64,000 bases of DNA, from positions 608,001 to 672,000 of the forward strand of contig CBDBZY010000018.1 of the NCBI GenBank assembly GCA_965213685.1, in the 5' to 3' direction. Below are positions 46,638-63,554 of this stretch, piece by piece; position 1 is the stretch's first letter; each line of letters begins with the position of its first letter. The notes beneath the pieces were generated by a model. It was not told the origin of the DNA. It saw only the letters and a list, made by a program, of their open reading frames with translations, and searched no databases. This DNA comes from a bacterium. Its GTDB lineage: Bacteria; UBA8248. Both the position numbers and the translations under genes were made by a program.

Positions 46638-47760
46638 TAGTTAAAGCACCGCCACGAGTACTTTACGGGAAATATTGGACGAGGGCGTGGTCGAGAAGCT
46701 AATATAGCTATATTAGGCTTCGAGACCACGCCCGAGTTCAATATTTCCCGTGAAGTACGAGAGTAGGCGGTGCTTTAACTGGTTTATAGTATGTGATAAC
46801 GTAATGCGTATCCAACCAATCAGACTCCAAGCTGCTATTTTTAGACACTTCGGGTGGCACGAGACCAGCTTCTAGAAGCTTCTATGTGTCTACGTAATGC
46901 GTCTCCAACCAACCAGATTCAAAGCTACTATTTTTAGACGCTTCCAGTACTAGCTTAGAAAGCGCGCCAAGGTTAGCTAACGGATCCAGCTCTGTTGCTG
47001 CTCGTGCTGCGTTTGTGAGGGCTTGGTTCAAGCTGCTACTTCGTTTTCCTGTCTTGGGATCAGGATGGACTCTGAGTAAGATGCCGCGAAGCAGGTTGAT
47101 GCTGTGTCACCTCGTCTTCTTTGTCGAATTGAAGGAACAGTGTTAGACCCTCGATTTGACCTTGGAATTGGAGCCGAATGGAGCGAAGACAGCCAGGTTC
47201 TTGAACAAGACAAGGACTGAGAAACTTATTGCTGAGAAACGTATTGCTTAGGGACTGAGAAACTTATTGCTGATAAAACAGGCCACCGCAGCCTGAAAGC
47301 ACTTCGTTTTTATGAACGCACACAACCCTCTATGGAGCAAGCAGTTAATGCTGTAATTGCCAACCCAGAGTGCAAGTTCTCTGGATTTGACAAGGTGAAT
47401 CTCCCGGAGATTAAGCCACTTGTAGAGGACGATTCAGGTACTGAAAAGTGTGCTTCTTCTGCTGGTCATACCTTCTCTGGAACCCTAAGCAATTGCACAA
47501 TCAACATCACTTACAATAAGTAATGCTATGTATGCCACCAAGTTTACCATTCCTTGTACAAGAGCCAGTGTTCATTTATCTTCATTTATCACCATGTACT
47601 ATAATTATGATACTTCCTGTGTTATATGATACTTCCTGTGCTATATGATATTCCATATAGCACAGGAAGTCCCATTGACGCTGTACATTGCGCAGTGCTA
47701 TATGACCACGAGCGGCACAGGCGGTACCTTTGATCCGCCCACGCAAAATACTATAAATTT
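46638..47760 (+). mobile_element. Crypton-like element: terminal hairpin plus tyrosine-recombinase C-terminal remnant
   Basis: ~140-bp hairpin at 46639-46780 (agttaaagcaccgcc / ggcggtgctttaact); 47260-47523 encodes IADKTGHRSLKALRFYER..TLSNCTINI (YR H..Y catalytic region, DUF3504-like). Confidence 0.7.
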
Positions 47761-49166
47761 ATATAATATTTTCTGTAAGTAATGATACATAAATAGCTCT
47801 AAATTCTTAATTAACCCTTGGTGTGCATGCAACAGAGGGCTACTGTATTTGTGTGTGTGTGTGTGTGTCTCCACTGGAGCTAATCTGTGGACTGGTGCTA
47901 GTAAACGTGTAACTGAAGGTACTAGCGGCTTGAGCGGCACAGTTTCACTAAAAAGACATTTTCTCTAAAACTGCTTCGTTAGAAAGTTAGAAGAAGCATT
48001 AAAAACTTACCGGGACCAAGCCAGCTCAGGTCCACCTTTTTGTTCATGTTGCAATGTTTCATATACAATATACTGTACATGTACATGTACCTCTTCATTT
48101 CACACCCGTAAATCTAGTGTGATAATGGATCTGCCTAAGCGCATGAGTGTACAAGGCTAGTAGGTGCACACACGTATGTGCATAGGCCCTAGAACAAAGA
48201 CAAGGCAGGACACTAGACTATAACCCAGTTGTATGGACTTAAACCAACAATGCTTGCATCATCTGTGCAGGCTGTTGTAGCATGCAATGCAACTACACTG
48301 AGGGTTTGTACTTTAGTGCTTTTAATTTTTAATGTAGTAAATGCATATGTACATACATGTACATGATTGTGGTGGACAGATCTGACCACAGATCTGACCA
48401 CAGATCTGACCGTCCTCTACATCAACCTGGTTGCAGAGGCTCTCACCCCTGCCCTCTATGCAGTCTCTGAGCTCACCTACTCTGCCTCTCTCTCAGCCAC
48501 TCCTCGAGGCCTCACCCTCTCCATCTTAGGCTTCAGTGATCAGGACGTGATGGAGAGGTTCCTGAGCACTGCCCTTATTCGTGAGTCTACATATGATGTT
48601 GGTACATGTACATGTACATTACTATGCTACATGTATACATTTACATTACCTGACTTGTACAATTGCACGTATGTGTGGAGCCTGTCTGTGGATGTTTTGT
48701 ATGTTGCATGAATATGTTCGTACATGTATATGTACTAATTTGCTCTCATTCTTCCACAGAGCTGAGGAACACCTCTAGTATGGCTCATCTCTTTGATCAA
48801 GTGAGAGAGTCCCGTCAGCAGTACCTGATGAACTATGGACTTACCACTCTGCCATACCGATACATCTACCAGTACCTCCAACCGTAAGTACCACACACAC
48901 ATTCCTGTGCACCTTCCACATACATGCACATGTACATGTACATGTATATGTATATGTAACTGAAGAATATGTACATTGCACGGGATGGGTAGGTTCACCA
49001 CTTCGGTTGCATTGCATTGCTTATCCTAGGATTTGTAACCCACCCAGCTACCTTGCATATGGTACATACAGCTCAGTTGGTAGGGTACTAGTCTAAACAC
49101 CTGATTGTCACAGGTTCTTCCCACTCATTTGCTTGTACATGTATATAAAGCCTATTATGTACTATA

Positions 49167-50048
49167 CAGTAAAACGTTTTCGTGCCATGTTTGTGCAGTG
49201 GCTATTCAAAAATGTTTACTGTTCTGTCTTTGTACTGTTTCTGCATTCTGTGTTTAGTTTTATGTGTTTGAAGCTGATAGATGAGCGATACCGTGTTTGA
49301 AGTGACGAATTGAAGCAGCGAAGGAAGAGCAACAACGAGACCACAGCAAAACAGCTGGGCCAAGCTCACTGTTATTCTCTGGTAGCTCCTTCATTGCCTT
49401 TCTTAGGGACATATTGACAGACGAAATCTTTCCTCACCAACTTTGAATAATAGTAACACTTCGACCGTTCTATGCAACATGTGACTGAAGTTTCGCTTAA
49501 ATAAATGGTATGTAGAATGCACCATGGAACAGGACTGTTGTACGGTACAATGCGTGTTTTGAAAAACATGAAATGGAAACTTGTTCCTGTTTCCCATCTG
49601 TTCCGTTCTGGTCAGGTCTGGTCTGTTCCCGTTTGCATGCCGTTTTCTTGCACATTCATGCGTTACGTTTGGTCAGTCCGCTTGTGGAATACAGTGAACT
49701 GGATCTACACATAAGCCTAAATCCTCAGCAAAAGCTAACCAGTAACCTATGCGCTTTGGTGACGTTGCATCGCCTCTCAAACTCCCCTTTAAGTTCTTTG
49801 AGAAGCATAGTGATCTCTTTTGCACTGTAACTGTAGTCATGAAACGCAATGCGCTTCTTGACATACTCGAAAAGCTCACAGGGGACCGTCGGACAGCACT
49901 AGACACAAGCTACTCGAACTGCCACACAAACGAAATTGTATGGCATGATGGAATGGACAATGATTGCACATAAATTGAACGTAATGGAATGGAACGGTCC
50001 GTTGAACAGCCACTTAACAAACAGGAAATGGGTTATTGACGCCTACTG
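49167..50048. mobile_element. Probable old TA-flanked DNA-transposon relic in IDE-like intron
   Basis: ta|cagta...tactg|ta termini, internal ccgttc/gaacgg inverted motifs; TIRs poorly preserved. Confidence 0.4.
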
Positions 50049-52809
50049 TACATGCATGTAAATGTACATACATATAGTCTCTTTCTTCTCACCCTTAACC
50101 ACTGCTTGTGTTCTTACCTTCTTCTCTCCCTTCTTTATGTCTTGTCCTGTGCATTCTTTCCCATCTTTTCTTTCCCATCTTCTCTCCCATCTTCTGTCCC
50201 ATCTATTCCCTCCCTTTTCTTCCTTTGTTGTCACCATCTCCTCCTCCTCCTCTCACAGTGTGATAATGGAGGGACCATACTGGAAACATGAACAGTTGTT
50301 TAACTAGACACTTTCAGTATCATTTGAAGATGTTGTTACACATGTAGAGCAGTTGTTCTCTAATGCCAGTGTCATTTGCTTTGCTCATGGGAATATTGCT
50401 AAAGACCAGGTAACATCAACTACTACATAGTGCTCTACATATACATGTAGTAAGGATTTCATACACATATTTAACGTTCTTTTTTCTTGTTTGTACTCTC
50501 TTGCCATTTTCCTTCCCCCCCTCCCCCCTTTCATTTGCCCTCTCCCTTTCCTTCACTCCTTTCCTTCTCTCTTCAGGCTAAGCACTACACTCAGCTGGTG
50601 GTTCAAAACCTTGCCCTACCCTCCCTCCCTCATGCTCCACCCCATGGTGCAAGAGATCGAGTGCAATTGACTGCAGTGGGAAACTACAGTGTAACACTGC
50701 CAACACTCAATCCCAATGACCACAACTCAGCTGTTAATGTTATACACCAGGTATTGTGTTTGTACATCTGCACAATTATGTACTGACAGTAGGTATACTG
50801 TAAATATGTTTGTGTTAAAAGTTTTCATGGGAATGGATTGTTACACAAATGTTTAACCCCTACTTTTTTTCATGTGGTCATGCATAGTCATGACAATAAG
50901 TATTAGTCTTGTTGGCTTAAGTGGTAGCATGTAAAGAATGTTATGGGATAACCTCTTCAGGTCTAGTACATCATGCATTCTCTGGCTCGAAATGCTAGCA
51001 AATCAACACCATAGCTGTTGCTTTGCCTTCATTTTTTAGTAGCTTGTACTTGTGCAGCATACTTGTGCTACTTTGATGAAGTGTTCATAGTAGAAAAGTA
51101 TTTTGTGCATTATTAAATTTTTCAGAGCTGTTGTAGCCTATCAAATTATTTTGCGCCAAAATTTCTTGTTTGATGGTAGTATATGTAGTGTATGTACATA
51201 TACTTGAAAAATGCAGAAATAGTGTTGTGCATGTATTACACTAGAGCTTGTTGTTTGGTAATGGATTTTTAGAGGGTGTACTAGACCACAAAATAGAATG
51301 TACTGGTGCTCTACACTACGTACTACTGCATGCATGTACATATACTCGTATGCAAACATACATTTTCATATACATGTACACGTACATGTACTTGTATATG
51401 TAATGGATTGTCTTATTGTCTCCATGCTCAGGTTGCCCAACCTGCTCTGGGAACACAAAGTGTCCTCCTGACTCACTGATGGCGGCTGCTCATCTCGGAC
51501 TGCTGGGCCAGATCATACCTGTGAGTCTCCATGCATTCACATGTACATGGAGCAGCACATTTTGCACCACAGTTTACCTGTACTTGTACACATGTTTTTT
51601 TCCCTACCATTCTAGGACTTTTGCTTCTACCAACTTCGCACTGTGGAGCAGTTGGGCTACGTGGCTTTCTGTTTCCAGACCAGCAGTGAGAGCGTGGGCT
51701 CATTCCAGGTGGTGGTGCAGAGTGAGAAGTACAGTGCTCCATATGTGCTAGGGGAGATTGACAAATTCCTCGTCACTTTTGGCGATAACTTTGCCAACAT
51801 GACCACATTAGAGTGGACCACTCAGAAGGAGCAGTATGAGACAACCCTGAAGCAGAAGGAACAGACTCTGACTGATGAAAGTGATGTGCTGTGGGGGGAG
51901 ATCATCACTGGCAGGGAACAGTTTGACTACCAGCAGCAGTTGGTAGAAATATTACCAAACATCACACTAGAGAGCATGCAGTAATTCTACAGTACTCACA
52001 TTACCAACTCAGCTGAGTATAGGAAGATGGTCATTGGGGTGCATGGCAAGGGCAGTAGTGCAAACTTTACAGATGCCAACTTTATATATTGTCTTAGCTA
52101 CAGTAGACTCAACCAGACTGCCCTGGAATATCCCAGTGGAGATGTCAACTGTGCCTGAGGCTCAGTTACCTTTTAATTTTATTGTTTTCATGACCCTGTA
52201 TGTGAAAGAGTTTCATTTGTTGTACATGTATGTCGTTCTTCCATTCTTTCTTTCCCCTCCCAGAGTTGTGCACTTTTACATCATACATTAGACTCTACTC
52301 ACCTCTACATTTTCATTCTCTCTATTATCTCTTCCATATTTTATACATGTATACTAGTATTTTCAATTCTGTGCCCCTTAACTGAATGGCAGTCTAAATG
52401 TACAACTTAACCAAACATCCATTTTGTGATCCACATGTTATTAGTAATAACGAATGTGATGAATTGTGCAATTAAGAAGTAGTTCCGTATGAGGCCCTAG
52501 CATGAAGTTTATTCCTGTGTTCTCTGTGCCCTTTACTAACAGAAAGCCTGTAAGCTTACAAATGAATGATAATTGGGTTATTGTGGCACCATTGTCTGAC
52601 ATTAAAATTTAATGTGCATCACTGTGGTATATTAATATTCTATGCTTTCATAGCATCAATGCATGGCATGAGAAAGTTTTAGTCATGTATGGACTGTCAG
52701 CGGGATATTAATATTCTCTGCTTTCATAGCATCACTGCATGATATTGTGTGGACTTTATTCAGCAGAAGGACAATATTCGTTACACGGCAAAGTACATGA
52801 CCCAATAAC

Positions 52810-53241
52810 TAGGCCTTTGTGGATTATGTTGGGAAAAATAGGTACTTCTGAGCAAAAAGAATTATGCAGGAAAAATATAGGTTTATTTTTCTGATAATGC
52901 AGGAAAATTTTAATAGGTACAGGTCTACAGCAACTGGTCTAAAGCATGTAAATTGGATATAGAGCAGCCTCCCTCAGCCGCAGCTGAGCCTGTCCTTTCA
53001 ATTTTATTCACCTTCTCTACAGCATAGGAATCATCATTGGAAGACTACACGTGTATACAACTATCAGTCATGTTGCAGAACAAGTATATTATAGCTTTGT
53101 ACATTCAGCAAAGTGTTATTTAATATTATGGTAACTCACAAGAAAAATTGGCAATACAAACAGAAAAATAGGCCACTTGAAAGAAAAGAAAAAAAAAAAG
53201 AAAAAATAGGCTAAATGTTGAGCATAATCCACAAAGGCCTA
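52810..53241. mobile_element. hAT-type MITE with 8-bp TSD
   Basis: ccaataac|taggcctttgtggattatg ... cataatccacaaaggccta|ccaataac. Confidence 0.9.
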
Positions 53242-53285
53242 CCAATAACACTCAGACACGCACAGGGGATTGCATTCCATTGTGC

Positions 53286-54218
53286 CTATTTCATAACAAT
53301 GAGGTTCTTCATAATGTCAAAGCTGTTGCCATCTGGTTGCAGAGTCAGCTGTTCCCCGCTCTGTGTCTGAACCAACAGGTAGCCATACTCATTGTTGCCA
53401 AGAATGGTCACCTGCTCATTGCCTCTGCTGGCCAGTCCCACAGTTGCATTACTGCAATAGCACGAGAGAATAATTCACAGTATAGGAAATCTCTCCAGTA
53501 CTGTGGCTTATATCGACACATCTAGGAGAGCACTTGAACTTACACTCTTGAACTTACACTCTCACATGCAAAATTAATATCTGATGAATTACATTGCATG
53601 CAGGTAATCAATGGCCAGCAATGGAAAAAACTACAGTATACAACAGCCAGACATCTCCCTCCACTCCTCCCACTGTCCATTTTCCCCCTGCTCGTCCTCA
53701 TGTCCTGATTGATCAGATGCTTTGGGTTCATAGCCTCTCATTGTTGCTAGGACAGTCACCAAGCTTCTTGGGAGAGAGAGGTGGACTCTGGGCAAATCTG
53801 ACCTTGACCTCTGGCCCCCCAGCACTGTTCTTGCCACACACATAGCTCCTGCCTCAACCGCTTCTCTTTCGGGTGAGCCATTCAAAGCCTTGACCCCTAC
53901 AATTGTGTGCTGCCTGAGAGTCTGGGGAAAGTTGCATCCCATAGCGGTATTAACGACAGGGTGCATGCTCAGCAGCGTACCGCCCTCCTGTAGATATAGG
54001 ACTTGACCTCCCTCAGCACGGCAGGGCTGCATACGTCTGGCTCGGTCCCTGTGGGCACCACGAGGATCTTTCCATGGCGCCTTGAACAGGTCCCTGGCTC
54101 CCAGAGGATACACCACGTACCTCTCCTTACATGTCTAAACAGGCCGTGAGGAACAACGAGTCGTTTTCTAGCACTTCCGTCTGGCGAGTGAGATGATGAG
54201 CGGTTTAGCCATGGCCAT
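53286..54218 (-). pseudogene. HLCS: Biotin--protein ligase (holocarboxylase synthetase)-like pseudogene lacking the central catalytic region
   Basis: Terminal exon 53451-53286: NATVGLASRGNEQVTILGNNEYGYLLVQTQSGEQLTLQPDGNSFDIMKNLIVMK* (PDGNSFD is the HLCS C-terminal signature). 54150-53950 holds frameshifted N-domain pieces (TACLD, RYVVYPL..APWKD, ILVVP, YLQEGGTLLSM) resembling the HLCS N-terminal region. Confidence 0.75.
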
Positions 54219-54637
54219 GGGTGCCGTGGAATACTTGGCTACTTTGGCGGCTGCTGTACTCGCGCGTACAAAGATACGGGAGTAGTGACGACCGAAAGTC
54301 CCCACCCACTTCCACATCAGTATCCTATACTAGCAGCCCGGGCCAGCCCGTGCGCGAGGGTACGTGAGGGTCCGGGCAGTACGGGTTGGCTAGGGCTAGG
54401 GCTAGAACGTGAAGTGGAACGTGGAAATACAGTGTTCAACATATCAAAACTGGTGGCCGGGTTGTTCTCTTTGCACGCGGGGGAGTGCACTACACACTTG
54501 GCTGAGACGTGCGTCAGCCGGCACCTCGTTCCACATACAAAGTTACTCAGGGGTGGATCCAAGGCTAGAGTAGAGGGGGATACAATTTTAGGCTAGTTGG
54601 ATATATTTCACTCAATTATGAGCACCACTTTACTAGT

Positions 54638-54700
54638 TAGCCTCGCAAGCCAGCTGTATTTCTCCGCGCACGGGAAAAATACGGCTGGCTTGCGAGGCTA
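54638..54700. mobile_element. Tiny palindromic MITE
   Basis: tagcctcgcaagccagc..gtattt / aaatac..gctggcttgcgaggcta. Confidence 0.8.
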
Positions 54701-56292
54701 TTTATAAATAAATTCAATTTTACTCTGAAAAAGCGCAACGCGTATACTTGCACAGTGTATAAAAAAGGTCGCTGGGTATCAGCACGCGTGCCCGTACAAG
54801 AAACCTTCAATACGTACATGTACAGTGCGTATATAAATAAACGAAGTTAAGGGGGGATGTGCTTCCTATGCCCCCCTCCCCTAGATCCGCCACTGTTACT
54901 CGGCATGCCGGTGAATAAGTTACAAGCTTTAGTCAGTCTAGTCCCTATATAACCAAGCTACTGTACTACTACCTCTATATCCTTAGTAATATATACTAGG
55001 TAGTTCCCCAGACAAGCCCTAGCCCTTGCCCTGTCCAACGACTAGTCCTGGCCTTTGGTCCTTCACGCCACCAAACAAATCAGTCCCCAACCCAGCCGTG
55101 GACCCCGCCATGCTCTGCAAAATCGATGAAGCAATGTGAAACTGGTCATCTCTATGAGTGTGTAGCTATTATTATTTTTATTGTTGTTTCACACAACAAA
55201 TACAGGTGCAGAGAGGGAGAAGAAGATAGAAGTGAGAAGGCATGAAACAAATAGGATATGTTCAAAAGGCAAATGAACTACGGCATGATCTTATATGAAC
55301 ATCATTCTCATTAAATAGCCTTTCTTAAATAGAACCATACATAAAACTGTACCCTACAAAAGAGTGTGGAAAACATAGAGTCGGAAACTACTGTCTTGAC
55401 AATAGGGAGTTCACAGAGTAAACAGTAAGAAACAAACTTATATTTGACAAATAGGATTACAAACAAAGGAGATCGTGGCAGCTAGTACTGAGACATTATT
55501 AGAGGTACTGAAGATGTAACAGTAAGGCTAACTTAGTTCTCTATACTTTTCATCATTTGTACTGACCTATATCTTCTTAAGATGTACTGTCTTCCTTTCT
55601 ATCGATGTTATACTATGGTCCCTTTCATCTCCGGCCTGATATGAAGTCTCTTCAGGTTTCAATAAATAAGATCCAGAGAAAAATTTGGTACTGGCCTAGG
55701 GCCCCTCATGCATAGCCGCTACGAGCAAATTGCAATCATGCACATGCACACACGAACACCTGATCATGGGTTATGTAGACCTCCTAATAGAACTCGGAGA
55801 CTAATGGGATGTGAGTTTTGTCCGCTATAAACTCAGGTCCCAAACTTTGTAATGGACAAAACCTCAGATCCTAATGGTGTCCTGTTTAGAGAGGTTCCAC
55901 TGTGTGTTGATTTAGCAGTGAGACAGAGCTTTTTCTTGTTCCTTCAAAGAAATACTAGGTTATAAGGTACTGTGAGAAAGTTTGATGTAGAAGCCATGCT
56001 CTGTGTTGATAATAATCTGCTGCTTTTAGACAAATAATAATTGCTACATCCATCCACAGGTAAGCATGCAATCCATTATGAAGATAAAATTTATGCTCCA
56101 TATAATATGCAAGGTGGCCTCTATAGTTATTGCTACATTTGCATTCGCCTTCCATGTTATAGAAATGTGCTTGGCAAGTTGATAATATTCAGAAGTCCTT
56201 CCTGTATCAAATTGGTCTTGCCTACATACATTACAACTTTGTTATGGCCAACATTCAAGGTCACCCTGTCCATATACAAAGATATAGTAGTA

Positions 56293-57322
<1,030 letters not shown>

Positions 57323-57620
57323 AACTGTATGCATGCACAAGATGGTGTGACTGCTCAATACCACAGAAAAATGTGTACCAAATACATCAGCAGAATGGTA
57401 TCACTATATATAATGCTACAAAAATGTCGTTAAACATTCTGGGAATATTAGTGGACAAGAATTCACAGTGTCATAATATTATCACCTAAGTACAAAAAGT
57501 TTGAAGTGTAAGTCTGAGATCTGTAGCTGCATGCATACTCAAATGATATAAACCAGCAGAGATACAAACCAGCAGAGATAACAAGCCAAAGACTACAAAC
57601 CAAGCTACACACAAATGCAG

Positions 57621-57750
57621 TCAGTTAAAGATTGAACTTGACAGAATCCACTGATATTCCTGTGATATGAGAAAAATGGTCATCTTCTAGTTAAAGATTG
57701 AACTTGACAGAATCCACTGATATTCCTATGATATGAGAAAAATGGTCATC
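57621..57750. repeat. Tandem ~67-bp direct duplication
   Basis: agttaaagattgaacttgacagaatccactgatattcct.tgatatgagaaaaatggtcatcttct occurs twice. Confidence 0.9.
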
Positions 57751-58168
57751 TTCTTCTACAACTAAAATTTAATATGCACTGTTAAAGCTCAAATTTTCTG
57801 CTCTGTGGCTCAAAACCAACGTCAACTCCAATATATAACCCTACAAACAAGTACTTGCACACACCCTGCCATGATATGATTTTGTGAAGAGTCAATAACT
57901 CAAACATTGTAGAATCATTTTCAAGGCTGATGTGCATGGTTTTCCTGGTTAGATTTTTAGAAGTCATAGCATATACACCATGTGAATTGCAAAAGCGTCT
58001 TCTAAATGCTTATCATGGCCCTGATAATTTGAATTGTAGATAGTGTCATACTATGAGGGCTACAACTTACTTTCATTGTGACACTCAAATTTACTGGTCA
58101 TCTTGACAAACAAATGAATCTCTACTCTACTGTGTTAACACATACAATGTATGTCTGAAGACTCTTAC

Positions 58169-62540
<4,372 letters not shown>

Positions 62541-63188
62541 CTGTTCATGTAGAAGGAAGTAGCAATATAAGGTAAGGGCAGGCAAAAGCCAGTATAATTG
62601 CTAAGTGTAGTAAGCCAATGCGGCACTGCCTGCACTTTGAATTCACATAAAAATTTTTGGGGGGTTATTCCGATGTCATAGTATTGTGTTTACAGCGCAG
62701 TAGTGTGATTGTCCGCCGTTACTGCATGGCGCTTCGAACGGCACGGTCGTAAAAATAGCGTTCGTACTCGCACTCTCCGCGGTCTCCTGCAGGTTGGGCG
62801 TGGCCTGCTTTGGCCTCTGCCTTCGCAGCTGCGCCTTTGGAAATAGCAGAACGCTTATATAGGTCTTATGAGAGCTTTATGTCCCTTGGCGTGTTGAAGG
62901 AAGTAGCGCAGGCATCAACGCAGCATATAGCGCATGCGGAACGAGGTTGCATGTGACATTTTGCTCATGGGCGGTTATTGACTTTTTACTCCCACCCTGA
63001 GGGTCAAGGTTCACAATTAAGACCACCTTGAAGCTGGCAACAGGTGTCAAACAACGTGAAGAAGGACGATCGCGCGCTTCATGAGCGGCCAGAATGATTA
63101 CTGACGCCGAACTCAGACCGACTGAGGGTACGGACAATGGACTGCCTTTATCCGAAACCCTCACAGAGCAAGATTGTAAGTATAGTAT

Positions 63189-63222
63189 CATAGATATTAG
63201 AGACACGTCTCTAATATCTATG
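63189..63222. mobile_element. 34-bp palindromic mini-element with CATAGATAT termini and 7-bp direct repeat
   Basis: atagtat|catagatattagagac-ac-gtctctaatatctatg|atagtat; absent from the homologous segment near 2610. Confidence 0.75.
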
Positions 63223-63299
63223 ATAGTATCTATCGATTGCGTGGGAACTTCACCGCTAAACTCCAAGTTGTGACCAAGCCTTCGTTTGGCTCTATCATG

Positions 63300-63484
63300 C
63301 ATTGGCGTATGAGAGGCATAAATATTGGGGAGGCGGACAGAGCGCAAAGCCTTTAAACACTTTGGGGAGGAGCTTATTATTATGTCAACAAGAATCAGGC
63401 CTAAAATATTGGGGGGACTCTGCCCCCTCCAGAAAAATATTGGGGGGGCTCCAGCCCCCCAGCCCCCCCCTTCCTACGTCTATG
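63300..63484. mobile_element. Short MITE insertion
   Basis: cattggcgta...tacgtctatg termini; absent from the homologous segment at ~2665. Confidence 0.55.
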
Positions 63485-63554
63485 CTATGTGTGTGTGGCA
63501 GTTGAAGAGTTAATGTAAGCCATCAGTGTGTGTTTGAATGTTGTGATATATGTC

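Larger units (their letters stand above)
34844..52158 (+). pseudogene. IDE: Insulin-degrading enzyme (insulysin, peptidase M16A)-like gene, probably pseudogenised
   Basis: Exons: 34844-35002 (uncertain), 35656-36310, 43292-43714, 44099-44212, 44363-44784, 46156-46278, ~48404-48580, 48760-48883, 50259-50409, 50577-50750, 51432-51520, 51616-52158. Motifs: GLAHFCEHML.LGTKKYP (HxxEH), LGHEG.GS..LK..WA..L.AG, LRT.EQLGY. Lesions: TGA 43373-75, frameshift ~43500, TAG 50305-07, phase mismatch at 51432, TAA 51982-84. The symbol denotes the family, not proven orthology. Confidence 0.85.

Noticed and set aside
43373-51984. Stop-codon reassignment or selenocysteine as explanation for in-frame stops
   Set aside because: All three stop types plus frameshifts occur, and the Kelch and ROCO exons are stop-free under the standard code.
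62660-62790. Candidate first coding exon of the ROCO gene
   Set aside because: Frames contain stops and no convincing ATG plus phase-1 donor was found; the 5' end is left unresolved.
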